NCBI RefSeq assembly: GCF_964355755.1
Contig: NC_092673.1
Location: 15,162,948 to 15,226,947 of the forward strand
Direction: 5' to 3'
Length of the DNA stretch: 64,000 nt
Origin: Antedon mediterranea
Lineage: Eukaryota > Animalia > Echinodermata
Below are positions 1 to 12,800 of the stretch, in pieces (within the stretch, counting starts at the first letter, position 1; each line of letters begins with the position of its first letter). A program made the translations under genes and the position numbers. The notes under the pieces were generated by a model that searched no databases, was not told the DNA's origin, and worked only from the letters and a program-made list of their open reading frames with translations.

Positions 1-589
1 ATTTAAAAGAGGTAAAATGTATGTAGATTTTTATTGTAGCAAGTGAAGGAGCAACAACAAAGCTGCAATGGGCTTCTTCAGCTATTTTTATCACAATAAT
101 TTTTTTTAGAAAAAGAAGACTTTTGGTCCCCTGTTATTGGTCCCCTGTTTTTTTTTTAATATGCCATTTTAATGTCACAATAGTTATTAACTTTGACCAA
201 AAATTATTAGTTTTATTATTAGTATTATTATTAGTATTATTATTATTTTTTTATGAGTAATGAATAATCTTCATTTTTCATGTTCTTGTGGGGTGCAATA
301 CATCTTTAAATTAAAAGCCTTTACTAAAATAGTAAAAAAAAAATGAAATTGATAAAGTCCAGGTTATTGATCTAGGCCTCATGTAAAAATTTCTTTACTG
401 CTTGCAATGAACAGTGTGTTTGAAAATTAAAGCAATGACTAAATAATCGCATAAACATGAAAATAGTTTTTAAAAATGTAGTAAATATAATTACTGCAGT
501 AACTACAATAGAATCAATTGGACATGGTCCATTTAGTTGCTATAAAATAACTGAGCGAACTGGAATGTGTTTTTTTTTCATCTTTGTAG

Positions 590-819
590 GTACTAGATGT
601 GACGGATTCCTTGTCATCTAATATTTATGACTTTGGTGAGACGGCCCAAAAGTATGATGTATTTCGTGTATATATGATGGCTGGCATCTTTGGTCTCATT
701 CTCTTAGTGCCTATTATTTGGTTGCTTGGGTTGAGCTGTGGCTTGCTTGGAAGATCAAGCGATGCTTTACCTACTGAACGAGGTTGTATCTCAAACTGTG
801 GCGGATGCCTTCTTATACT
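590..819 (+). CDS. Prominin exon (TM segment and Cys-rich loop)
   Basis: tttgtag|GTACTA...ATACT|gtaagt; VLDVTDS...RGCISNCGGCLLI. Confidence 0.9.
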
Positions 820-3800
820 GTAAGTTTAACAATGAACACAATTTTGTTACATCTTAATACCCTTTTACAGACGGTACAATTCACAGTTTACACAGTTTAT
901 TAAAGATAAAACACATGCATTTTTTAATATTGTGTTACTTTTTTAAAAGCTTATAAAAGTATAATTTATAGCTAAGCTAAGCATATTTCTACTCTTGTTT
1001 TATAGTGGTGCAGCTCTAGTGTTCATATTTGGCACATTTCTAATGATCTTAACCACCCTTCCGTTTATCATCGGTGGTCCGATTGATCGACTTTTCTGTG
1101 ATCCTTTCCAATCTGGTGAAGTATACAAAGAGGTAACTTTCTAATCTTTGTCGCTCATTAACATATTGTTGCTAAGCATTGTGACGTTACCTCTTATGTT
1201 ACTTAGTATATGAAATTTTACACTTAAGTTTTTTTTTCACTTTTTTCATAAAACATTTTGTACATGAAATATATGATTTGAGTAATTATAAAATCATTGT
1301 ATTTACTGTAGTCAAAAAGGAACTCTGCGGATAAGCAATCTTTAATCGTAGTGTCCTGAAAGTTATGTTTTGTTGTATGCTTTTTGCCAAAATATTTGTT
1401 TGGTATATAAACTAAGAAGTAACAAGAAATAAATAAATAAGTGACTTACGATAAAATGTCTAGAATTTTATTAAACAATGTTTAACGTCGTCTCTTTTCA
1501 GACGGTAGATAAGAAGGGTGCAATACCAGGTGTTGATGGTTATTTCTTGTCAGACCGCATTCTTAATGACAGTTCTATACCACTAACAATTACTGCAATT
1601 TTTGAGTATGCATTTTTTTTTATAATCTCTGAAAATGTGTTTTTTCTTGGTGTAAAACTATTTACAACAAAATTGTGGATAATAATCAGAGAATTCTGGA
1701 TGTTATTTTGCAAAGAAAAGAATAATGTACTTGGCAAATGCTTAGTAAGAATTGTTTGTATTAAATATGTAACAATCTGTATTATGAAATATTATTTTAC
1801 AGTGCTTGTGAAAAAAATGAAGCTATTTACACCGCATTCAAATTGGAGTATCTCTTTAACATTTCTGAGTACCTGAATTATAAAGAGGTATTGCCTATGT
1901 TGCTAATCTTTTATATTTTTGGTTTAAAATGGAGGTTCTGTCTACAAAAACTCAATCTAGAATATATTGATTAATAACTTTATAAATATATTTAAATTAA
2001 TAAATCATTAATTATTTCATCATGATTTTCATTGTCATGATCATCATTTTCATCATAGTTTAATAATTGTAATCTTGATAGACATCATCTTATTGTAAAG
2101 CTCTCTCTACACTATCAAACTTTATTTTGACCAAAAAAAAAATGTGATGTGCCCATATATGGACATGATAATGTCACATCACTATCATATTTGGGCACAT
2201 CACACTTTTTTTTTCAAACTAGTTTAATAGTGTAGACCATCTTCAAAATTAGCACAAACATTATAAGGTGAAAAGATTTATAAAGCGCACATAGCCAAGC
2301 AAGGTGCTTAATTATTCTTATATTATTCCCTTTTATAATTGTAATATTAAATGAAAACAATTAAAATGTTGAATTCTTCTTTTCTCCAGTTTATGCCTGA
2401 TATTGATAGTCAGCTTGAAAACATCACTGGTGACTTTAGTAATATTGATATTCTATCAGACAGCGGCAAACAAACACTTGAAGAATTTAGACATTCAAGC
2501 GTTATCTCCATCAACTTTACACTGTTCGATGAAGAGGTAAGTCTGTGATCTCATTCAAGTCTTGCATTTCAAAATTTTGAATCATAAATGTCTGACATCA
2601 AGTCCAAGACAGTTGGGCTAAAGAGGATAATAAAGTGTAAATGTGGTTTTTCTTGTGTAAAGTCTCCCTCTAATCACAAAATCATCAACATTGAACATTG
2701 AATCAAAGCATAGAAGTCAGCATTTTTATTTTTTAACTAATTGTTGGAACCTGTATAAAGTAATGTTTATTAGTATTTTTGATGCTCTTTATGTCGTTTT
2801 TAAATATAGTATCCCTGTGTTTTTTCATGTCTGTTTTCAAATATTGATTGTTTCAAATAATACTGTATACTGTAAGTTTGTTTATATATTTTCTTTTATA
2901 TAGTTATAATTTTACTAATATACATTTTAGAATTGTGAAAATGTACTCATACTATTTCCATTTTAATTGGCAAATAAAATTAAATCTGAATCTGAACAGA
3001 GTATGTACATTGACTAAACAAATAAAAAAGTATTATTTGGTCGAGGGATGACATAGAGACACAAACAAATTCATCACTGATGCCCCTCCTCATAGACACA
3101 ATCTATACAAAAAAAAAAAGAATTACATTAACACATTGACTGCCAAGGCATTTTCCGTAATTTCTGTCCCAGTGCCAAGTCCCGTTTACATATTAAATTA
3201 CAGTTTGAAAGTGTAACATCTGGTCACAGACTATCATGATGGGGTCAATATCTGACCCCCATCCTCTGACCCACCCTATCATCGAGAGATAAAAACAGTA
3301 AACCACACTGAATCATTTCATCCTTTATTATTTTTATTTACTATTAGCGCAATTTATGACATGTTTGAGATGATTATATTGAGTGTGAGGGCGCCATCGT
3401 ATCAACCATATTCACTGCATGAGGGAATAAACACAAACAAACATATGACATTTATTTTTAGATTATCGTTTACGTACATCATTCATAAACTGCCATGCGA
3501 TAATTCCTGTTCCAATCACCACTGCCAGCGATTCTACATACAATACAAAAGTGCTACGATTTTGACAAGTAGCGACACGCAATTTTTGACGTATAAATAC
3601 GCCGTGGCAGTGAACGTGTTAAGTACACAGACATAAAACAGTTTTACATATTCATTGGAACTATGACACAAGTCCATGGCCACTGAACAAATAAGATCAA
3701 ATCTAAACATCCATTTAATATTAATTGAATAAAATTAAATAAATAATTAATATGCAATACAATAAAAAAACAAATATAAAATGAAAATAGACATTGTTAT

Positions 3801-6800
3801 TTTATATTTTTATAATAATCTTGTATAGGTTACAGCTTTTATGATTACGAAAAACATTATTAGACAAGTTTATTATTATTATTTGTTTTGTGTAGTTAAT
3901 TAAAGATATCACGATGTATAGTGATGATCCTAACGATCTGTCAGTGTCTGCTGAAACCATTACAAAGTATATTACTACTAACAGAATTACTGGGGTAAGT
4001 AAGCTATCCTAGCTTGACCGAGTTATTATAATTTATTTTTCAACATGACAGGGACACCTACAAATTTCCAACGGGGTTTGTTTATTTACTAATCAACAGT
4101 ATGCAATAGTGTTACTATGTTAAAAGTAATGTTAACAGCTTGTGTAATAATTACAAAAATAATACATTATGTCAATCTTCTACCACAGAAAGGCCACATT
4201 TTTTAAAAGAATTCAATGATTTATGTTACAGAGCGATGCAGTAGCATTGAACACAATGGCAGGTTATCTGACAGATTTACAATCAAACTTTATTGATCCA
4301 ATGGTTGCAAAGAGGGTAAGACAACTACATTTATTCATTCATTCATCTTTTTATTTCTGAATACCATGGTGACATAATATATCCATAGCAAAAGAGAAAA
4401 AAAATCTTAATCTAAGAGCTCATAGAACAAAAACAATATATATATATATATATTTCGAAACCTGAGCTGCTCTGACGAGATCTAATAAGATCGAAACAGT
4501 ACTGTCTGCAGATTGGATATTATATATATATATATTTGTTTTTTTGTTCTATGAGCTCTTAGATTAAGATTTTTTTTTTGTATCTCCATTGAGGTCCAGC
4601 CACTGATACCCACAGCATTGTCATTTTGTCAGTGATTTTTTATTTTGTATCTCCATTGAGATCCAGCCACTGATACCCACAGCATTGTTATTTTGTCAGT
4701 GATTTTTTATTTTGTATCTCCATTGAGATCCAGCCACTGATACCCACAGCATTGTCATTTTGTTTCTCCATTGAAAGCCAGTCACTGATACCCACAGCAT
4801 TGTCATTTTGTATCTCCATTGAGATCCAGCCACTGATACCCACAGCATTGTCATTTTGTATCTCCATTGAGATCCAGCCACTGATACCCACAGCATTGTC
4901 ATTTTGTATCTCCATTGAGATCCAGCCACTGATACCCACAGCATTGTCATTTTGTATCTCCATTGAGATCCAGCCACTGATACCCACAGCATTGTCATTT
5001 TGTATCTCCATTGAGATCCAGCCACTGATACCCACAGCATTGTCATTTTGTATTTCCATTGAGATCCAGCCACTGATACCCACAGCATTGTCATTTTGTC
5101 AGTGATTTTTTTTGTTGTATCTCCATTGAGATCCAGCCACTGATACCCAGAGCATTGTCATTTTGTATCTCCATTGAGATCCAGCCACCGATACCCAGAG
5201 CATTGTCATTTTGTATCTCCATTGAGATCCAGCCACTGATACCCACAGCATTGTCATTTTGTATCTCCATTGAGATCCAGCCACTGATACCCACAGCATT
5301 ATTGTCATTTTGTATCTCCATTGAGATCCAGCCACTGATACCCACAGCATTGTCATTTTTTTGAGTAATTTGCCTTTGGATTTATATATATATATAAACA
5401 CATCGTGAGGGTTATTAGTATACAACGATGAAACATCTAATATAGCCAGAATAGAATTATTAGGTAAATTTTGAATTTGGTTAATTTTGCGGATAAAGTC
5501 TGTGGAGTCCTGAATGTATGAAGGGAGATCAGTCACATATGGTCTAAGTAAATCATCCACATATTCAGAAATTTTCTCTGTAGCAGTGCCATTGCCCGCA
5601 ATAATGGGTCTACCAGGATTCCCTGCTTTGTGGATTTTAGGTAGGAAATAAAATCTGCCTGGAACTGGATTAACCTGTGCCAAATGAGGTCCAATCCTAG
5701 GATCGATGGGAGTGTTTTTTTACCATCACAGAAACAGATTTGGCCACCTTATCCTCAATTTCTGGGGTGGGATCCGTTGTAAGTTTACGATAATGAAGAG
5801 GATTGTTTAGCTGTCTTAAGGATTCCTCTCCATAAAATTTGATGTCCATAGCAACAGTGGCAGAACCTTTATCAGCGGGTTTAATGATGATATCATTACG
5901 CTGACGCAATTTGGCAATGGCCTGCCTCAGTCTTGTTTTGAGAGACTGTCACGTTTATCTGAACTCGGGACATAGTTTTGTACATCCTCCTCAATAGCCT
6001 GAATAAATGTTTCTAAAGCTGGACAACGATTTTTAGGTGGATTCCAGGAACTTTTTGGTTGAAATTTGCTGATGTTGCCTTTGTTTTGCGTGGTGCTGCT
6101 GTCTGAATCAGCAAAATATTCACGTAATCGTAATCTTCTGGAGAAAGACTCCATATCCAAAAGATAGTTGTTGTGCGCCGACCTGCCTTGGTTTTGGGCA
6201 GAATTTAAGTCCTCAGGAAAGAAGTTTTTTCTCTCCTTCGGAAAGTCGACAATTAATTTCTACAACTGAAGGTGTTGCTCCGATTCTTGTTATAAGTCCG
6301 AATGAAACTTATGCAGGGTTTCCTAAAACCCCTGAAATCATCCGAAGGTAGAGTCATTTGTGTTGAAATGACTAAGTCTGCAGGTAGACCAAATTTGTGA
6401 TGTCCCCTTCGGGCCATTACCGTTGATTGCTTACGGCAATCATTGGAGATAATCCTAAGTTTGTTTTGAAACTCGGATGCAGGAAGTACTCTTTTCAACT
6501 TCTTAGTTCTAGAGTGAATTTCAACGTCAAACTCAGTGAGGATTACCAATTTGGATCTCATTGAGTTGACAAGCATTTTTGTAAAGGACAGCGTTCCAAC
6601 GAGAACGCATGCCATCATCTGCAAATTGAAAACCAGATGTGACATAAAATTGAAGTCCTTTAGGGGCCGAATGTTTAGAACGATGTAAAAGAAAAGTATG
6701 TAAATGGTGACGATACCTGACACGTCTCTCGGACAGGCAACGTAATTTGGTATTTAAGTAATATCCAAAGTACCCTCCAGGATTTCAGCAAAATCAGATC

Positions 6801-9800
6801 AAAATTGATACAAACAGTAGAAAATATATATAATGATATGGCATTCATCTTTACATGAGGAATAATTACAATTCAAACCATCGCAGTTGAGAGTAAGATT
6901 ACTAAGTAAAGATTCAGTTATCTCATTAAAATTGTTTATATCCTCCATTGGAGATAATCCTAAGTTTGTTTTGAAACTCGGATGCAGGAAGTACTCTTTT
7001 CAACTTCTTAGTTCTAGAGTGAATTTCAACGTCAAACTCAGTGAGGATTACCAATTTGGATCTCATTGAGTTGACAAGCATTTTTGTAAAGGACAGCGTT
7101 CCAACGAGAACGCATGCCATCATCTGCAAATTGAAAACCAGATGTGACATAAAATTGAAGTCCTTTAGGGGCCGAATGTTTAGAACGATGTAAAAGAAAA
7201 GTATGTAAATGGTGACGATACCTGACACGTCTCTCGGACAGGCAACGTAATTTGGTATTTAAGTTATCCAAAGTACCCTCCAGGATTTCAGCAAAATCAG
7301 ATCAAAATTGATACAAACAGTAGAAAATATATATAATGATATGGCATTCATCTTTACATGAGGAATAATTACAATTCAAACCATCGCAGTTGAGAGTAAG
7401 ATTACTAAGTAAAGATTCAGTTATCTCATTAAAATTGTTTATATCCTCCGTCTTAACATTATTCCAGTTAACTTGGAGAATTTTTTAGGATTCATGCATT
7501 CAGTTCAAATCTAGTATTAAATTCATATTGTATCATGAAAGAGGCACAGTCTGTTCGTTTACTTTCAAGAGCATTGACGGTGACAGTAATGTTCTTGGCT
7601 CTTTTCAGGTATGATTGCATAGTGTCATTATCCATATTTACCCAGGTATAGTTTGTAAGGTGGTGGAGGCCTAGCCTTAAGTATAATACCCTCATCACCG
7701 GTTCCTCGTTTAAATTTTGACTGACGGCGTTGTTTTCTTCTTTGAAAGCGAAATCCATCCTTATCATCGCTCCAGCCTGAGCTCACCTTTGTGTTCTTTA
7801 CAGCAGACGCGAAGGTCTTCGTTGGATTAATAGGAATAAAAGCTGATGACACAATTAAGTTGATAATCGCCTTCACTAGTATGAGAATTCCCCTTACGGG
7901 GATTCCCTTCTGTACTCTTGGATATTCCCCCAACTATTGCTTCAGCGGACGGAATTTGAGAATTCTTACAATCATGTGGTTTATAATACGGTTCATCGGG
8001 AAAAATTATTTGCTTAGTAGGATAATTCTAAGATTTACGATTAGTCAGTGCAGGAGAATGTTGTGTCTGCATATCTTCTCTCACTTGCTGGGCCAATTTG
8101 CATAAGCGATATCTGCCTTCATCATGGTAAAATCCGATCGCAGTTTGTGAATCTCTGAGCAGCAAAGTTGCATCAATGTGTTCCACATCTACAAATGGTA
8201 TTTTAGAAAGATTTGCGGCGGTGAATGTAGGTAAAGACGATACATCACAATTTACCAGGTAACTGAGCATATCAGTTACTATAATATCGCCTTTTCGTCT
8301 TGGTTTGTGCACATTATTTTCCGTATCGGGGACACACTTACATAGTAAATCCTTTGCATCTTTAATGTCATTTAACGTGAAATTTGCAATGGTGATAGCG
8401 TGAAGACAGTCAAATGTCATTGAAACCATGTTATTAACAAGAAAGCACAATAATTCATTAATAAAAACATCACCTGGTTGGTGAATAGTAGTTTCACTTA
8501 CAGAAGATAGTAGGTCACTGGTACTAGTTGATGGCACGTCTATGTCATTAGTTAATTCCATCTGGCTACCCAAGGTAGGACTTTGAACGCCGCAGCTGGA
8601 TGACATCATAGCGGGTAGCACACCTGTGAAGCCGTTAGGCAAGCCTGTCAATCAAAATAATTAATCGGTATTGACAGAGGCTAGCTGTCAAAGCCCAAAA
8701 TTAACGTAAACGACAGTACACTGGTGCAAACTGTCCTCCTTTCAGTCACAATACCTTCTTCTTTGGAAAAGTATAAAGCATAGTCATCAAATAAAACAAT
8801 ATATCAAAAAAACAAGAGAAATTATCTCAAATTTTGGAGCCGTAAAAACGCCTCCAAACGCCCTCTTGCATCAGATCTACAGTATACAATATATTTGATA
8901 ATCATGAAATGGAATACTGTTGATGAGCACTGATTGTTTCTATGAGGCAAATCATAGCTTAACACTCACTGTATGTTAATCACAAAGTCACATATTATTT
9001 AAAGTTTCTTATAGAGTATATACACTAGTACAGTTTCCAAAAAGGAAGTAAAGTATTAAAGAGAGTTTCTTCGATAACTGCCTCAAGTAATGTTGATGAA
9101 TATAATGTGGGCACAATGTAACGATATTGGTCACTAGTCAAAACAATGATGTTTATGTTGATGTCAAAGCCAAACCTCACTTTACTAGCATAAAGCTAAC
9201 AGTTACATTTCATAATTATTCTACTGTTTTTTGGGGGTTTTTTGCTATAAATATTTTCACATTGATTATTTGATACATTTTACAGAATGCTCTGATTACA
9301 GCATTGGATGATTTAGAAGATTCCACTAACCAAATTGAGGTATTGCCACTATGTATAAGATACAGTGCATTTTATTTTCAACTTCTTTAAGCACAGGAAC
9401 TCTCTGTAAATTCAATTTTGTTTACATATCTCTAATAGGTAAAATGTAGGATTACAATTATTATTAATTATATTAAATTTTATTTGTATATTTTCTAAAA
9501 TAGATGAATGTTAATATTACACTGACTGAAATTGAAGCAGCACAGAATTATATTGACTCAAATATTGGTTCATTGATTGATAGAGTAAGTAACAGTTGTC
9601 AACTTCCAGTTAATACTTAGTTATACATCTACGCAATGTGGCAGATCCAAAGGGGGAATGGGAGGGGGATTGTTATTTAGTTATACATCTACACAATGTG
9701 GCAGATCCAAAGGAGGAATGGGAGGGGGATTGTTATTTAGTTATACACCTACACAATGTGGCAGATCCAAAGGGGGAATGGGAGGGGGATTGTTATTTAG

Positions 9801-12800
9801 TTATACATCTACACAATGTGGCAGATCCAAAGGGGGAATGGGAGGGGGATTGTTATTTAGTTATACACCTACACAATGTGGCAGATCCAAAAGGGGAATG
9901 GGAGGGGGATTGTTATTTAGTTATACACCTACACAATGTAGCAGATCCAAAGGGGGAATGGGAGGGTGATTGTTATTTAGTTATACACCTACACAATGTG
10001 GCAGATCCAAAGGGGGAATGGGAGGGGGATTGTTATTTAGTTATACATCTACACAATGTGGCAGATCCAAAGGGGGAATGGGAGGGTGATTGTTATTTAG
10101 TTATACATCTACACAATGTGGCAGATCCAAAGGGGGAATGGGAGGGTGATTGTTATTTAGTTATACACCTACACAATGTGGCAGATCCAAAGGGGGAATG
10201 GGAGGGGGATTGTTATTTAGTTATACATCTACACAATGTGGCAGATCCAAAGGGGGAATGGGAGGGTGATTGTTATTTAGTTATACATCTACACAATGTG
10301 GCAGATCCAAAGGGGGAATGGGAGGGGGATTGTTATTTAGTTATACATCTACACAATGTGGCAGATCCAAAGGGGGAATGGGAGGGGGATTGTTATCTTT
10401 CTTTCTTTTATATATTTAGGCAAATTGCCAAGGATAACCATAAGCAAATTCAATCACTATCCTTCTTAAAGGTGGCAATCCGTTCACGAGACAAACATAT
10501 ACACACAATGCTCTACATAAACAAAGTCTTTATTACAAGTCTTTGGGAGTGGAGTTGTAAATTGTCATTAGAAAAAATCCTGACATATGACAGGACTTGA
10601 ACCCAGGACCCTTGGATTGGCAGCCAAGCATCATAACCATCAGGCATTATACATCTACACAATGTGGCAGATCCAAAGGGGGAATGGGAGGGGGATTGTT
10701 ATTTAGTTATACACCTACACAATGTGGCAGATCCAAAGGGGGAATGGGAGGGGATTGTTATTTAGTTATACACCTACACAATGTGGCAGATCCAAAGGGG
10801 GAATGGGAGGGGGATTGTTATTTAGTTATACACCTACACAATGTGGCAGATCCAAAGGGGGAATGGGAGGGGGATTGTTATTTAGTTATACACCTACACA
10901 ATGTGGCAGATCCAAAGGGGGAATGGGAGGGGGATTGTTATTTAGTTATACACCTACACAATGTGGCAGATCCAAAGGGGGAATGGGAGGGGGATTGTTA
11001 TTTAGTTATACATCTACACAATGTGGCAGATCCAAAAGGGGAATGGGAGGGGATTGTTATTTAGTTATACACCTACACAATGTGGCAGATCCAAAGGGGG
11101 AATGGGAGGGGGATTGTTATTTAGTTATACACCTACACAATGTGGCAGATCCAAAGGGGGAATGGGAGGGGGATTGTTATTTAGTTATACACCTACACAA
11201 TGTGGCAGATCCAAAGGGGGAATGGGAGGGGGATTGTTATTTAGTTATACACCTACACAATGTGGCAGATCCAAAGGGGGAATGGGAGGGTGATTGTTAT
11301 TTAGTTATACACCTACACAATGTGGCAGATCCAAAGGGGGAATTGGAGGGTTTTTTTTAATTTAGTTATACACCTACACAATGTGGCAGATCCAAAGGGG
11401 GAATGGGAGGGTGATTGTTATTTAGTTATACATCTACACAATGTGGCAGATCCAAAAGGGGAATGGGAGGGGGATTGTTATTTAGTTATACATCTACACA
11501 ATGTGACAGATCCAAAGGGGGAATGGGAGGGGGATTGTTATTTAGTTATACATCTACACAATGTGGCAGATCCAAAGGGGGAATGGGAGGGGGATTGTTA
11601 TTTAGTTATACACCTACACAATGTGGCAGATCCAAAAGGGGAATGGGAGGGGGATTGTTATTTAGTTATACATCTACACAATGTGACAGATCCAAAGGGG
11701 GAATGGGAGGGGGATTGTTATTTAGTTATACATCTACACAATGTGGCAGATCCAAAGGGGGAATGGGAGGGGATTGTTATTTAGTTATACATCTACACAA
11801 TGACAGTGGCAGATCCAAAGGGGGAATGAGAGGGGGATTGTTATTTAGTTATACATCTACACAATGTGGCAGATCCAAAGGGGGAATGGGAGGGTTTTTT
11901 TTTATTTAGTTATACACCTACACAATGTGGCAGATCCAAAGGGGGAATGGGAGGGTGATTGTTATTTAGTTATACATCTACACAATGTGGCAGATCCAAA
12001 AGGGGAATGGGAGGGGGATTGTTATTTAGTTATACATCTACACAATGTGGCAGATCCAAAAGGGGAATGGGAGGGGATTGTTATTTAGTTATACATCTAC
12101 ACAATGTGGCAGATCCAAAGGGGGAATGGGAGGGGGATTGTTATTTAGTTATACATCTACACAATGTGGCAGATCCAAAGGGGGAATGGGAGGGGGATTG
12201 TTATTTAGTTATACATCTACACAATGTGGCAGATCCAAAGGGGGAATGGGAGGGGGATTGTTATCTTTCTTTCTTTTATATATTTAGGCAAATTGCCAAG
12301 GATAACCATAAGCAAATTCAATCACTATCCTTCTTAAAGGTGGCAATCCGTTCACGAGACAAACATATACACACAATGCTCTACATAAACAAAGTCTTTA
12401 TTACAAGTCTTTGGGAGTGGAGTTGTAAATTGTCATTAGAAAAAATCCTGACATATGACAGGACTTGAACCCAGGACCCTTGGATTGGCAGCCAAGCATC
12501 ATAACCACCAGGCATTATACATCTACACAATGTGGCAGATCCAAAGGGGGAATGGGAGGGGGATTGTTATTTAGTTATACACCTACACAATGTGGCAGAT
12601 CCAAAGAGGGAATGGGAGGGGGATTGTTATTTAGTTATACATCTACACAATGTGGCAGATCCAAAAGGGGAATGGGAGGGGATTGTTATTTAGTTATACA
12701 CCTACACAATGTGACAGATCCAAAGGGGGAATGGGAGGGGATTGTTATTTAGTTATACACCTACACAATGTGGCAGATCCAAAGGGGGAATGGGAGGGGG

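Noticed and set aside
4688-5364. Repetitive ORFs on both strands
   Set aside because: Translation of the 48-bp array.
10585-10648. tRNA-Gly(GCC)-like sequence on minus strand (also 12453-12516, and tRNA-like head at 37660-37745)
   Set aside because: No complete acceptor stem; followed by body and A-rich tail, so treated as SINE heads rather than tRNA genes.
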